Part shown: positions 1-9,298 of the stretch, in pieces
How positions within the stretch are numbered: position 1 is the first letter of the stretch
Layout: each line of letters opens with the position of its first letter
Assembly (NCBI GenBank): GCA_902578495.1
Contig: CACHCY010000001.1
Span: forward strand, 262,132 to 326,131
Length of the DNA stretch: 64,000 nucleotides
Direction of reading: 5' to 3'
Source of the DNA: an uncultured SAR86 cluster bacterium
GTDB taxonomy: Bacteria; Pseudomonadota; Gammaproteobacteria; Magnimaribacterales; AG-339-G14
The notes under the pieces: generated by a model
Told to the model about the DNA's origin: nothing
What the model saw: only the letters and a program-made list of their open reading frames with translations
The model's database searches: none
Made by a program: the position numbers and the translations under genes

Positions 1-1238
1 TCTTTGACAAAATTCTCTGAAAGAATCCATCCAACTAGTAAAGCAATAAACAAGCCTCCTAATGGCAGCATGATTGAGTTCGTTAAAAAGTCCATAAAGT
101 CTAAAAACGACATTGAAAATATTTGAAAGTCTGCAATTAGATTAAAAGAGAACAAACTTCCAAGTCCCAATAGCCAAGCAATGGAACCAAGAATAGTAAC
201 AGCATAAGTTCTGGAAATTTTAAATCTATCTTCCATCCAAGCTGTACTGGGTTCAATTAAGGATACAGACGAACTCAAGGCAGCTAACGAAACAAGAATA
301 AAAAACAGAGCTGAAGCAAAAAAACTAAAGGGAATTCCATAAAAAGCTACAGGCAGGGTCTCAAAAAATAATGACGGACCAGCAGTTGGAGTAAGCTCTG
401 GGTTAGCAAATACGATTGGAAAAATAATTATTCCAGCAATTATGGCAACAAAAGTATCTAAAAAAATTATCAAGCTGACAGTTTTGGTTAAGTTTTGTTC
501 CTCAGGGATATATGCGCCGTAAGCCATAATTGCCCCCATACCTAAACTCAAAGTAAAAAAAGCTTGCCCCATGGCGCTTATAATTACACTTGACGAGATC
601 TTAGAAAAATCTGGCATGAAAAGAAAACTGATAGCTTTTCCAATTTCTCCCGTAAATGACGAATAAATTGAAAGCAGAATTATCAAAAAAAATAACGTTG
701 GCATAATTATCTTAATGGTGGCTCCAATTCCATCAACAACTCCCTTAGCAACTATGAAACAAGTAAAAATCAAAAAAATGCTGTGCCAAAAGATCATCCT
801 CATTGGAGAAGACTGAAACTGAGCAAAAAAATCAACAGAATATTGAGAAGGATTCAGTGAGTCAGCAGGAATAGGACTAAAAATATAAGCCAAAGAAATG
901 CCAGCAAAAACGCTGTAATAAGATAGGATCATTAAACCTGCTAAGGCACCAAACCAACCTAGCAAAACCCAACACGAAGAAATTCCTTTGAGGGAAACAA
1001 ATTTTTTCATTGTATAGACTGGGCTCGATCTTCCGTATTTTCCTAGGAAAATCTCGGACATCATTACTGGAAATCCAATTAATATGATGCAGGCTAGATA
1101 AATTATTACAAATGCTCCTCCTCCATTTTCACCCGCCATGTAAGGAAATTTCCAAATATTTCCAAGGCCTACAGCGGATCCTGCTGCAGCTAATATAAAA
1201 GTCCAATTGCCTTTCCAGATTTTTGAATTATTTACCAT
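1..1238 (-). CDS. Sodium-dependent transporter, NSS/SNF family (partial, runs off left edge)
   Basis: Manual translation from ATG at 1238: MVNNSKIWKGNWTFILAAAGSAVGLGNIWKFPYMAGENGGGAF..., containing the NSS TM1 signature GSAVGLGNIWKFP. Absent from the ORF track because it is truncated. Confidence 0.93.
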   Translation of the reverse strand, partial: MVNNSKIWKGNWTFILAAAGSAVGLGNIWKFPYMAGENGGGAFVIIYLACIILIGFPVMMSEIFLGKYGRSSPVYTMKKFVSLKGISSCWVLLGWFGALAGLMILSYYSVFAGISLAYIFSPIPADSLNPSQYSVDFFAQFQSSPMRMIFWHSIFLIFTCFIVAKGVVDGIGATIKIIMPTLFFLIILLSIYSSFTGEIGKAISFLFMPDFSKISSSVIISAMGQAFFTLSLGMGAIMAYGAYIPEEQNLTKTVSLIIFLDTFVAIIAGIIIFPIVFANPELTPTAGPSLFFETLPVAFYGIPFSFFASALFFILVSLAALSSSVSLIEPSTAWMEDRFKISRTYAVTILGSIAWLLGLGSLFSFNLIADFQIFSMSFLDFMDFLTNSIMLPLGGLFIALLVGWILSENFVK

Positions 1239-1286
1239 ACAGAGACGTCTCTAAAAGAATCATTACTTAATAGTTATACTACATCA

Positions 1287-1754
1287 ATGAACATCTCCAA
1301 AAAAAGTAACTTGCGACCAACAATTGAAAATCGACAAGCAAGATTTAATTATGAGCTTTTAGATGATTTTGAAGCAGGAATTTCTTTGGAAGGCTGGGAG
1401 GTAAAAAGCATCAGAAATGGGCAGATAGAATTAAAAAATGCTTACGTTGTTCTAAAAAAGGGAGAAGCATGGATTATTGGATTAAAGATTCTTCCCATGA
1501 AAGAGATCACTTACGAAGTTTCTTCAGAGAGATCTAGAAAGCTATTACTTACCAAGGCAGAGTTATCTAAGCTTTTCAAGCAAACAAATGAAAAAGGATT
1601 AAGTTGTGTTCCCATAAAAATTTTTTGGAAAAATAATTTAGTTAAAGTAAAAATTTCTGTGGCTCGAGGTAAATCAAAATATGATAAGAGACACTCGTTG
1701 AAAAATAAGGAGTGGAGAAAAGAAAAATCTTCGTTAGAAAATTTTTCTAACTGA
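1287..1754 (+). CDS. smpB: SsrA-binding protein SmpB
   Basis: NRQARFNY, EAGISLEGWEVKSIR, RSRKLLL and RGKSKYDKR motifs; directly upstream of tmRNA. Confidence 0.97.
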   Translation: MNISKKSNLRPTIENRQARFNYELLDDFEAGISLEGWEVKSIRNGQIELKNAYVVLKKGEAWIIGLKILPMKEITYEVSSERSRKLLLTKAELSKLFKQTNEKGLSCVPIKIFWKNNLVKVKISVARGKSKYDKRHSLKNKEWRKEKSSLENFSN

Positions 1755-1785
1755 TGATCATTAGATACAATTACTTGCTTTTTTT

Positions 1786-2134
1786 GGGGGCGAACAGGAT
1801 TAGACATCTTTCTTTCGAACCTTAAGTGCATGTCGAGATTGAGGAGTTCTCGTTAAACAATTCTCAAAACAATTAGTTGGCAAAAACAACTACGCACTAG
1901 CTGCATAATTAAGCTAGCTTCCTTACCCTGACTTCTACTAAGGGATAAGCGAAGTCGACCAGTAGAATGCTTGAAATGTGTTGCTCAGACCCATTTTGAT
2001 AAGACTTTTCTGAGCTTACTCTTCTAATCCCTTTTCATCGGGCCATGGAAGTAAAAGAAAATTGATGGAATAAGCATGTAGATCTGAAGGTAAGAGTTAG
2101 TTGGACGCGGGTTCGATACCCGCCGCCTCCACCA
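1786..2134 (+). ncRNA. ssrA: tmRNA (transfer-messenger RNA)
   Basis: 5' GGGGGCG pairs with 3' CGCCTCC-ACCA (G3:U alanine determinant); T-arm GCGGG-TTCGATA-CCCGC; tag frame 1879-1908 reads GKNNYALAA*. Confidence 0.96.
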
Positions 2135-2154
2135 AAATTAGAAATTAAATTGAT

Positions 2155-4287
2155 CTATTTTATTGATAATCTATTTTCTATATTTCCCAAGATGAATGAA
2201 AAGATTTCTGAATAAGAATCTAAGATTATCTCGGTTGGAGTACCTGCACCATGTCCTGCTTCAGTTTCAATTCTAATGAGGATAGGATTATCTCCACTAT
2301 GTAATTCCTGTAGAGAAGCGGCAAACTTATATGAATGAGCTGGGACTACCCTATCGTCATGATCACCTGTTGTTATCAATGTGGCGGGATAAGAGACTTC
2401 ATCTTTAATATTGTGTAATGGTGAATAAGACAAAAGATAGTTGAACATCTCTTCACTTTCATCCGATGTACCATAATCATAAGCCCAGCCTGCACCGGCA
2501 GTAAATTTATGATACCTGAGCATATCTAGTACACCTACTGCAGGTAGAGCAACTCTAGCAAGCTGAGGCTCTTGGGTCATAACAGCACCAACTAAAAGAC
2601 CTCCATTTGAACCTCCTCTCAAAATTAAGTTTTCTGATTTTGTATAGCCCTCTGAAAAAAGAAATCTTGCGGCATAGATAAAATCATCAAATACATTTTG
2701 CTTGTTCATTTTTGTCCCAGATAGATGCCATTTCTTCCCATATTCTCCACCTCCTCTGATATTTGGAACCACATAAACTCCGCCTTTTTCTAACCAATAA
2801 GCCATAATGCTGCTGAAATTTGGAGTAAGAGAAATATTAAAACCTCCATATCCATAAAGAATTGTTGGATTTTTACCATTTTTACTCAAACCTTTTTTAT
2901 ATGTGATGATCATTGGAACTTTTGTTCCATCTTTAGAGGTATAAAAAACCTGCTCCGATATATATTTTTCAGGATCAAAATTTATCTTTGGCTTGAAATA
3001 AATTTTTGATTTACCGCTCTTAGGATTGATGCTGAAGATTGTGGGAGGTGTATGGTAGTTGGAGAAAGAATAGAAAAGTTCATCATCCTCTCTTTTTCCT
3101 GAGATTGGAGAAACACTACCTATACCCGGTAGATCGACTTCTCTAATGAGCTTTCCAGAAAAATCATATTGAAAAGTCTTTGAAATTGCATTCTGCATTA
3201 ACTCTACAAATATATATCCTCCTGAAGAGCTTGGACTCATTACAGAATCCTGTTCTGGGATTAAATCTTTAGATTTATCTAAAGAAGGTTCTTTGGCTTG
3301 AACTGAAATAATTTTTTGATTATCAGCATTATTGTTAGTCACTAAAAAAAGTTCGTTATCTAAACTATCCAATAAATAAACATCGATAGAAAGATCATCA
3401 TTTATAGTTTTAATTTCTGGGTTTTCATCTAAGTGATTTATTAAATAGAGCTCATTTCCAGATGTGGAATTTGCTGCAGATATGATTAAGTATTTTTGAT
3501 CCTCTGTTACAGAGGATGAAACATATCTTCTTTTTTGTTCAGCTTTGTTTCCAAAGATAATTTGATCTCTTTCTTGAGTAGTTCCTAATTTATGAAAATA
3601 AAGTTTATGATTATTATTCAAAGAACTTAGTTCACTTCCTTTAGGAGCATCGTAAGTTGAATAGTAGATACCCTCATTGCTTTTCCAGCTTAATGAAGAA
3701 AACTTAACGTTGATTAGAGAATCTGATAAAAGTGATTTAGTTTCTGTATCCAAAAAAAATACTTTCCTCCAATCACTTCCACCATCAGAAATTGCATAAG
3801 CAGCAATACTTCCATCTTTACTAAAACTAATATCAGATAAAGAGATAGTTCCATCTTCGCTAAACGAGTTAGGATCTAAAAAGACTTCCTCAACTCCTTG
3901 TGAGTTTTTTCGGTAAAGCACTGATTGATTTTGAAGGCCGCTATTCTTGAAAAAATAAATGTAATTTCCTTCTTTGAAGGGGGAAGAAAATTTCTCATAG
4001 TCCCAAATTTTTTTTAATCCGTCTTTTATTTGCTCTTTCAATCCTAAACTTTCGAAGTATTTATCAGCAAAGAGATTTTGATCTTCTATCCAACTCTTTG
4101 TCTCTTTATCCAGATCATCCTCAAGCCATCTATATGGATCTTGAATTTCTTTAGAAAAATATAAATCAGAAGTATTAACTTTTTTAGTCATGGGATAAAT
4201 TGATTTCAAATTATTATTATCATTCATGCTTAACTGCTCGCACGATAACAAACTAATGGAAATAAGGATTAAGGCTAGTTTTCGCAT
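2155..4287 (-). CDS. Prolyl oligopeptidase (S9A), probable lipoprotein
   Basis: DPYRWLE, YGYGGF, catalytic GGSNGG, HDDRV and AGHG motifs; N-terminal lipobox-like LLSC. Confidence 0.95.
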   Translation of the reverse strand: MRKLALILISISLLSCEQLSMNDNNNLKSIYPMTKKVNTSDLYFSKEIQDPYRWLEDDLDKETKSWIEDQNLFADKYFESLGLKEQIKDGLKKIWDYEKFSSPFKEGNYIYFFKNSGLQNQSVLYRKNSQGVEEVFLDPNSFSEDGTISLSDISFSKDGSIAAYAISDGGSDWRKVFFLDTETKSLLSDSLINVKFSSLSWKSNEGIYYSTYDAPKGSELSSLNNNHKLYFHKLGTTQERDQIIFGNKAEQKRRYVSSSVTEDQKYLIISAANSTSGNELYLINHLDENPEIKTINDDLSIDVYLLDSLDNELFLVTNNNADNQKIISVQAKEPSLDKSKDLIPEQDSVMSPSSSGGYIFVELMQNAISKTFQYDFSGKLIREVDLPGIGSVSPISGKREDDELFYSFSNYHTPPTIFSINPKSGKSKIYFKPKINFDPEKYISEQVFYTSKDGTKVPMIITYKKGLSKNGKNPTILYGYGGFNISLTPNFSSIMAYWLEKGGVYVVPNIRGGGEYGKKWHLSGTKMNKQNVFDDFIYAARFLFSEGYTKSENLILRGGSNGGLLVGAVMTQEPQLARVALPAVGVLDMLRYHKFTAGAGWAYDYGTSDESEEMFNYLLSYSPLHNIKDEVSYPATLITTGDHDDRVVPAHSYKFAASLQELHSGDNPILIRIETEAGHGAGTPTEIILDSYSEIFSFILGNIENRLSIK

Positions 4288-4314
4288 GAAAGAATAAACT
4301 CTTTAAGTATTATA

Positions 4315-4343
4315 TTGACAAATTAGATTGTTATCTTCATCAT
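4315..4343 (+). promoter_or_regulatory. Putative sigma70 promoter of rpsT
   Basis: TTGACA (4315-4320), 17 nt, CATCAT (4338-4343); 9 nt upstream of the ATG. Confidence 0.55.
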
Positions 4344-4352
4344 TCCGCACCT

Positions 4353-4622
4353 ATGGCAAACATTAAATCAGCAATTAAAAGAGCTAGGCAAGCTAATAGA
4401 AGAAATGTCCTTAAAAGCTCTCAACGTGCTTCTGCGAGGACAAGTATTAAGGCTTTTGAAAAAGCACTTGATGATAAGGATTTTGAAGCTGCTGGGAATG
4501 AGTTTAAAAAAACTCAGAAACTGATGGACAAACTTGCCAATAAAAAAGTTCTTCCCAAAAATCACGTTGCAAGAACTAAATCAAGACTCAACAAAAAATT
4601 AAAAGCTCTTAAGTCAGCTTAA
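4353..4622 (+). CDS. rpsT: 30S ribosomal protein S20
   Basis: MANIKSAIKRARQ and ARTKSRL motifs. Confidence 0.97.
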   Translation: MANIKSAIKRARQANRRNVLKSSQRASARTSIKAFEKALDDKDFEAAGNEFKKTQKLMDKLANKKVLPKNHVARTKSRLNKKLKALKSA

Positions 4623-5384
4623 TTTCAATCTAGTTCTCTTTTTTTGGTTTTGCAATGAACCAAATAGATCCTTTTCATGACCGCTTAGGATATAGCCAAT
4701 CCTTTGATTATTAATTAAGAAAATTTTCATAGCTGATAATTTAGTTTTCATGCCTCCTCTTCCTAACTTACCAGAGTCTCCAAAAATAATTTTTTGATTT
4801 GAAAGTGCTTTAAGGCTGACTTCGTCAATAAGGACAGCGTCCTTATTTGTTCTTGGATCTTTTGAATATAAACCTTTTTGATCTGTATAAAGTATAAGTT
4901 TTTTAGAACTAATAAGATTCGCTAGTTTTGCACTTAATTGATCATTATCTCCTCTCTCAATTTCCTCTGTTGATACAGAATCATTTTCATTGACTATTGG
5001 CGTTATACCCCATCTGAGGAGATTATTGATGCTGGATTTAATATTGTTAGATTTTGTTTCAGATTTAAAATCACTATGACTGAGGAGAACTTGAGCAACC
5101 TCTATTTTAAATTTATCAAAATTTTTCTGGTAGGCATTTATAAGCCCTATTTGGCCAACAGCTGATAATGATTGAAGTTGTTTGATATTTTTTGGTTTTT
5201 TTTCTATGCCTCTTTTCTTCATTCCATAGGAAATTGCTCCAGATGAAACTAAAACTACATCAAAATCATTTTCTCTGAATTTCTGAATGCACTTAGCAAG
5301 TCTTTTAAAAAAAGCTGAATTTTCTCGACTTCCTTGTGAAATTAAGGAGGATCCTACTTTGATTACTACTACTGAATTACTCAT
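4614..5384 (-). CDS. proB: Glutamate 5-kinase (short form without PUA domain)
   Basis: VIKVGSS, VSSGAI, PIVNEND, GDNDQLSA, GRGGMKTKL; follows obgE as in many gammaproteobacteria. Confidence 0.94.
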   Translation of the reverse strand: MSNSVVVIKVGSSLISQGSRENSAFFKRLAKCIQKFRENDFDVVLVSSGAISYGMKKRGIEKKPKNIKQLQSLSAVGQIGLINAYQKNFDKFKIEVAQVLLSHSDFKSETKSNNIKSSINNLLRWGITPIVNENDSVSTEEIERGDNDQLSAKLANLISSKKLILYTDQKGLYSKDPRTNKDAVLIDEVSLKALSNQKIIFGDSGKLGRGGMKTKLSAMKIFLINNQRIGYILSGHEKDLFGSLQNQKKRTRLKLS

Positions 5385-6387
5385 TACTGTTAATCTCTAT
5401 GATTTTTGTGCTGACCTTTTTGACTAGTTCGCTTAATCCTTCCCCAGTTATAGAAGATATTAAAAAAACTTCATTGCTGTATATCTTTTTTGTCTCAGAT
5501 AAATAATCATTCTTCAATTCTGTTTTTGTGTCTGCTTTAGTTAGAACAATCCATTGTTCTAGCTTAGATAAAGATTCGTCAAATTCTTTCAGCTCTTTAT
5601 CTAAGGAATTCTTTTTTTCCTCTACATCTTCAGGTTTGATTTCTGATACATCGATTAGATGAAGCAACAACTTTACTCTAGATAAATGTTTTAAAAACCT
5701 TATCCCAAGTCCTGCCCCTTTGGCAGCTCCCGGAATTAATCCTGGAATATCTGCAATTACATATGGATTGAGAGATTTAGCCTCAACCACTCCAAGATTA
5801 GGGGTTAGAGTAGTAAACGGATAGTCGGCTATTTTGGGTTTTGCCTCGGATATACTTGAAATTAGGGTAGATTTTCCTGCATTTGGAAATCCTAAGAGAC
5901 CAACATCAGCTATTAATCTTAGTTCTAAATGAAGGGATAGCTCTTCTCCCTTTTCTCCTTCTGTGGTTTTTCTGGGAGCTCTGTTCGTAGATGACTTGAA
6001 TCTTGCATTCCCTAATCCACCCTTCCCTCCAGAAACAACTTCAAAAAGATCACCATCTTTTTTTAAGTCAGCTATTTCTTCTTCAGTAGATTCTTCAAAA
6101 ACAACAGTACCAACGGGAACTTTTAAAATTATGTCACTGGCATCCTTACCATGTTTATTTTTACCCTCACCAGGAGAACCATTTTTAGCTTGATATTTTT
6201 TTTGTAATCTAAAATCTTGTAGCGTTGTCAAAGAGCTATCAGCTTTAAGAAAAATGCTTCCGCCTTTTCCTCCATCGCCCCCATCGGGACCTCCCCTAGG
6301 AATAAATTTTTCTCTTCTGAAGCTCAAGCAACCGTTTCCACCAGAGCCAGCTATTAAGTGAATAGCAGCTTCGTCAATGAAGCTCAT
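5377..6387 (-). CDS. obgE: GTPase ObgE/CgtA
   Basis: Gly-rich Obg domain SFRREKFIPRGGPDGGDGG; P-loop GFPNAGKS; DYPFTTL; DIPG. Confidence 0.98.
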   Translation of the reverse strand: MSFIDEAAIHLIAGSGGNGCLSFRREKFIPRGGPDGGDGGKGGSIFLKADSSLTTLQDFRLQKKYQAKNGSPGEGKNKHGKDASDIILKVPVGTVVFEESTEEEIADLKKDGDLFEVVSGGKGGLGNARFKSSTNRAPRKTTEGEKGEELSLHLELRLIADVGLLGFPNAGKSTLISSISEAKPKIADYPFTTLTPNLGVVEAKSLNPYVIADIPGLIPGAAKGAGLGIRFLKHLSRVKLLLHLIDVSEIKPEDVEEKKNSLDKELKEFDESLSKLEQWIVLTKADTKTELKNDYLSETKKIYSNEVFLISSITGEGLSELVKKVSTKIIEINSNE

Positions 6388-6390
6388 TGT

Positions 6391-6651
6391 TTAATCTGCG
6401 GGAGTGATATTTATGAATTGTCTGAGATTCCTACCTTTTTTGCTGAAAGATACAGTACCGTTAATTTTTGCAAAAAGTGTATGATCTTTTCCAATTCCAA
6501 CATTTGTGCCAGGGTGGAACTTTGTGCCCCTTTGCCTGACTAGAATAGAGCCAGCAGATACCAGTTGGCCGCCGTACCTTTTAACGCCCAGTCTTTTAGA
6601 TTCAGAATCTCTTCCGTTTCTACTACTACCACCTGCTTTTTTATGTGCCAT
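6391..6651 (-). CDS. rpmA: 50S ribosomal protein L27
   Basis: [24 protein letters not shown]. Confidence 0.99.
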   Translation of the reverse strand: MAHKKAGGSSRNGRDSESKRLGVKRYGGQLVSAGSILVRQRGTKFHPGTNVGIGKDHTLFAKINGTVSFSKKGRNLRQFINITPAD

Positions 6652-6653
6652 AC

Positions 6654-6965
6654 TTAAACCGAAATTTGCTCTATTTGAATTTCACTATAATTTTGACGAT
6701 GACCTTGCTTTTTCCTGTAGTCCTTCCTTCTTTTCATCTTGATAATCGTTACTTTATCTTCTTTTCCGTGTCGAAGGATTTTTGCAGTTACTTTTGCCCC
6801 TTCAATAAAAGGAGAGCCAAGAGTAATTTCGCCATCTTTCTCAATTAAAAGGACATCAGTAATATCAACAGGTTCCCCTTCAGAAGCTTTAAGTTTTTCA
6901 ACTTTAAGGATTTCGCCTTCAGCTACTTTATGCTGTTTACCACCTGTTTTGATTACCGCGTACAT
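6654..6965 (-). CDS. rplU: 50S ribosomal protein L21
   Basis: [14 protein letters not shown] and KQGHRQ. Confidence 0.99.
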   Translation of the reverse strand: MYAVIKTGGKQHKVAEGEILKVEKLKASEGEPVDITDVLLIEKDGEITLGSPFIEGAKVTAKILRHGKEDKVTIIKMKRRKDYRKKQGHRQNYSEIQIEQISV

Positions 6966-7061
6966 TTTTATATCAAAATTGAGGTCGAATGATATCTAAA
7001 TAAGTTCTTTGTCGCAATAGATTCAATAAATCAACTATGATAATTTGTACTTGAGAGATTG

Positions 7062-7583
7062 ATGAAATTTACAGAAAAGAATTCTTTCACCAAAGAAGAA
7101 CTTCAACTTTGCTCGAAAGGAAAGCTATTTCATAAAAATGATGGAAAGCTTCCAAGTAGCAATATGCTGATGTTAGATAGAATTACTTCAATATCAGGAG
7201 ATCAGGGTAATTACTCAAATGGACTAATAGAGGCAGAACTTGATATCAATGAGAATCTTTGGTTTTTTGATTGTCATTTCAAAGATGATCCAGTTATGCC
7301 CGGATGCTTAGGTTTGGACGCAATGTGGCAAATTTTAGGGTTTTATTTACTTTGGTCTGGGAATCATGGAATAGGAAGAGCTCTTGGTGCCGGGCAGGTT
7401 AAATTTTATGGTCAAGTGCTTCCTCATGCTAAAACGGTTAAATATGAGATTCATGTAAAAAGAATGCTCTCAACAAAAACTGTTCTTGGAGTTGCAGACG
7501 GATTAATGTACGTTGATGGGAAGGAAATTTATTCAGCGAAGAACTTAAAAGTTGGGCTTTTTGAGAACCCTGGTAATTTTTGA
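7062..7583 (+). CDS. fabA: 3-hydroxyacyl-ACP dehydratase/isomerase FabA
   Basis: [24 protein letters not shown] active site; ATG at 7062 preferred over TTG at 7059. Confidence 0.97.
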   Translation: MKFTEKNSFTKEELQLCSKGKLFHKNDGKLPSSNMLMLDRITSISGDQGNYSNGLIEAELDINENLWFFDCHFKDDPVMPGCLGLDAMWQILGFYLLWSGNHGIGRALGAGQVKFYGQVLPHAKTVKYEIHVKRMLSTKTVLGVADGLMYVDGKEIYSAKNLKVGLFENPGNF

Positions 7584-8809
7584 TGAGTACTTTAAAAAGA
7601 GCAGTAATAACAGGAATTGGAGCCATATCTTGCATAGGTAACAATATTTCTGAAATAACGAAATCTCTTAAATTGGGTACATCAGGGATAAGTTTCAATG
7701 AATCGTACAAAGAACTGGGTATGCGAAGTCATATTTCTGGCTCCATTAATTTAAATCTAAAGGATCTCATTGATAGAAAACATTTGAGATTCATGGGAGA
7801 AGCAGCAAGCTATGCCTATTTAAGTACTGCAGAGGCTATAAAAGACTCAGGCTTGGATCTAGCAAGGTTTTCTTCACAAGACGTTGGGGTCATTGCAGGT
7901 TCCGGTGGAGCATCTTCTAGAAGCCAGGTTGAAGCAGCAGATATAGTTAAGAGCAAAGGAGTTAAAAGAATAGGACCTTACAGAGTTACTCAAACAATGG
8001 GAAACACCGTTTCAGCAGCTCTTGCAACTTTTTTTGGCATCAAAGGGGTGAATTTCTCAATTTCCTCTGCGTGCTCAACAAGCGCACATTGTATTGGATC
8101 AGCTCTGGAACAAATTCAATTGGGAAAACAAAAAATAATATTAGCTGGTGGCGCTGAAGATGAGCATTGGACAATGTCTAGTATGTTTGATGCCATGGGA
8201 GCGCTGTCTTCTTCATATAATGAGAGTCCTGAGAAAGCATCAAGGCCTTTTGATAAAGACAGAGATGGTTTTGTTATAGCAGGAGGAGCGGGCATGCTCG
8301 TCGTTGAAGAATTAGATCATGCTCTAGAAAGAAACGCTGATATTTATGCTGAAATTACTGGATATGGAGCAACTTCTGATGGAGATGATATGGTCCATCC
8401 ATCCGGAGAAGGAGCAACTAATTGCATGCTAAAGGCTGTTGAAATGCATGGAAAAGATAATATTGATTATATTAATGCTCACGGAACTTCAACACCTGCT
8501 GGAGATCCTGTCGAGTTAGAATCTATAAAAAAGGTTTTCAAAGATAAAATTCCTCCCATAAGCTCAACAAAATCACAAACTGGACATACCCTTGGTGCCG
8601 CTGGAGCTTTAGAAAGTATTTTTTCACTATTAATGCTAAAAAACAGTTTTATATCAAAAACCCTTAATCTTTCTAGCTCGATTGATGAAGGTGAAGGTTT
8701 AGACTTAGTTTCAGAAGTCAGAAATCAGGATTTGGATGCTGTAATGAATAATAGCTTTGGCTTTGGGGGAACTAACGTTAGTTTAGTTTTTGAAAAGTTA
8801 AAATCCTAG
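7583..8809 (+). CDS. fabB: Beta-ketoacyl-ACP synthase I
   Basis: [34 protein letters not shown]; TGATG coupling to fabA. Confidence 0.96.
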   Translation: MSTLKRAVITGIGAISCIGNNISEITKSLKLGTSGISFNESYKELGMRSHISGSINLNLKDLIDRKHLRFMGEAASYAYLSTAEAIKDSGLDLARFSSQDVGVIAGSGGASSRSQVEAADIVKSKGVKRIGPYRVTQTMGNTVSAALATFFGIKGVNFSISSACSTSAHCIGSALEQIQLGKQKIILAGGAEDEHWTMSSMFDAMGALSSSYNESPEKASRPFDKDRDGFVIAGGAGMLVVEELDHALERNADIYAEITGYGATSDGDDMVHPSGEGATNCMLKAVEMHGKDNIDYINAHGTSTPAGDPVELESIKKVFKDKIPPISSTKSQTGHTLGAAGALESIFSLLMLKNSFISKTLNLSSSIDEGEGLDLVSEVRNQDLDAVMNNSFGFGGTNVSLVFEKLKS

Positions 8810-9237
8810 AAAGGAATTTCATCGTCTATGAGCCCCTCCTCGGGTTGAGGACTAGAGCTATTCATCTGAGGGCTCTGATCCATATTATCTTCAGATCTTC
8901 GTCCTCCTAACATTTGCATTTCTCTCCCAATAATCTCTGTTGTATATCTTTTATTTCCTTGATCGTCTTCCCAATCTCTTGTTCTTAATGATCCCTCAAT
9001 ATAAACAGAAGAACCTTTTTTTAAATACTCCCCACAAACTTCTGCAATTCTTCTAAAAAAAACAACTCTATGCCACTCAGTTTTTTCCTTTTTTTCTCCA
9101 GTTTGATTATCATTCCAGCTTTCAGATGTAGCGATACTCAAATTTGCAACTGCATCTCCTCCAGCCGTATACCTCATGTCAGGATCTTTCCCGAGATTAC
9201 CAACTAATATAACCTTATTTATTCCGCTTCGAGCCAT
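8806..9237 (-). CDS. ssb: Single-stranded DNA-binding protein
   Basis: [26 protein letters not shown] and C-terminal DDEIPF; start reassigned to ATG at 9237. Confidence 0.98.
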   Translation of the reverse strand: MARSGINKVILVGNLGKDPDMRYTAGGDAVANLSIATSESWNDNQTGEKKEKTEWHRVVFFRRIAEVCGEYLKKGSSVYIEGSLRTRDWEDDQGNKRYTTEIIGREMQMLGGRRSEDNMDQSPQMNSSSPQPEEGLIDDEIPF

Positions 9238-9298
9238 AATGCACCTTATTTTTAATGTAAATTCATTATAATCCATCTGAAAGACTATTTATAAATAA

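Noticed and set aside
1511-1831. 106-aa minus-strand ORF over smpB/ssrA
   Set aside because: Antisense shadow of smpB and the tmRNA 5' end; no recognisable motifs.
2134-2160. Possible integration site at the ssrA 3' end (also checked at the tRNA 3' ends)
   Set aside because: No integrase, no duplicated att sequence and no compositional shift nearby.
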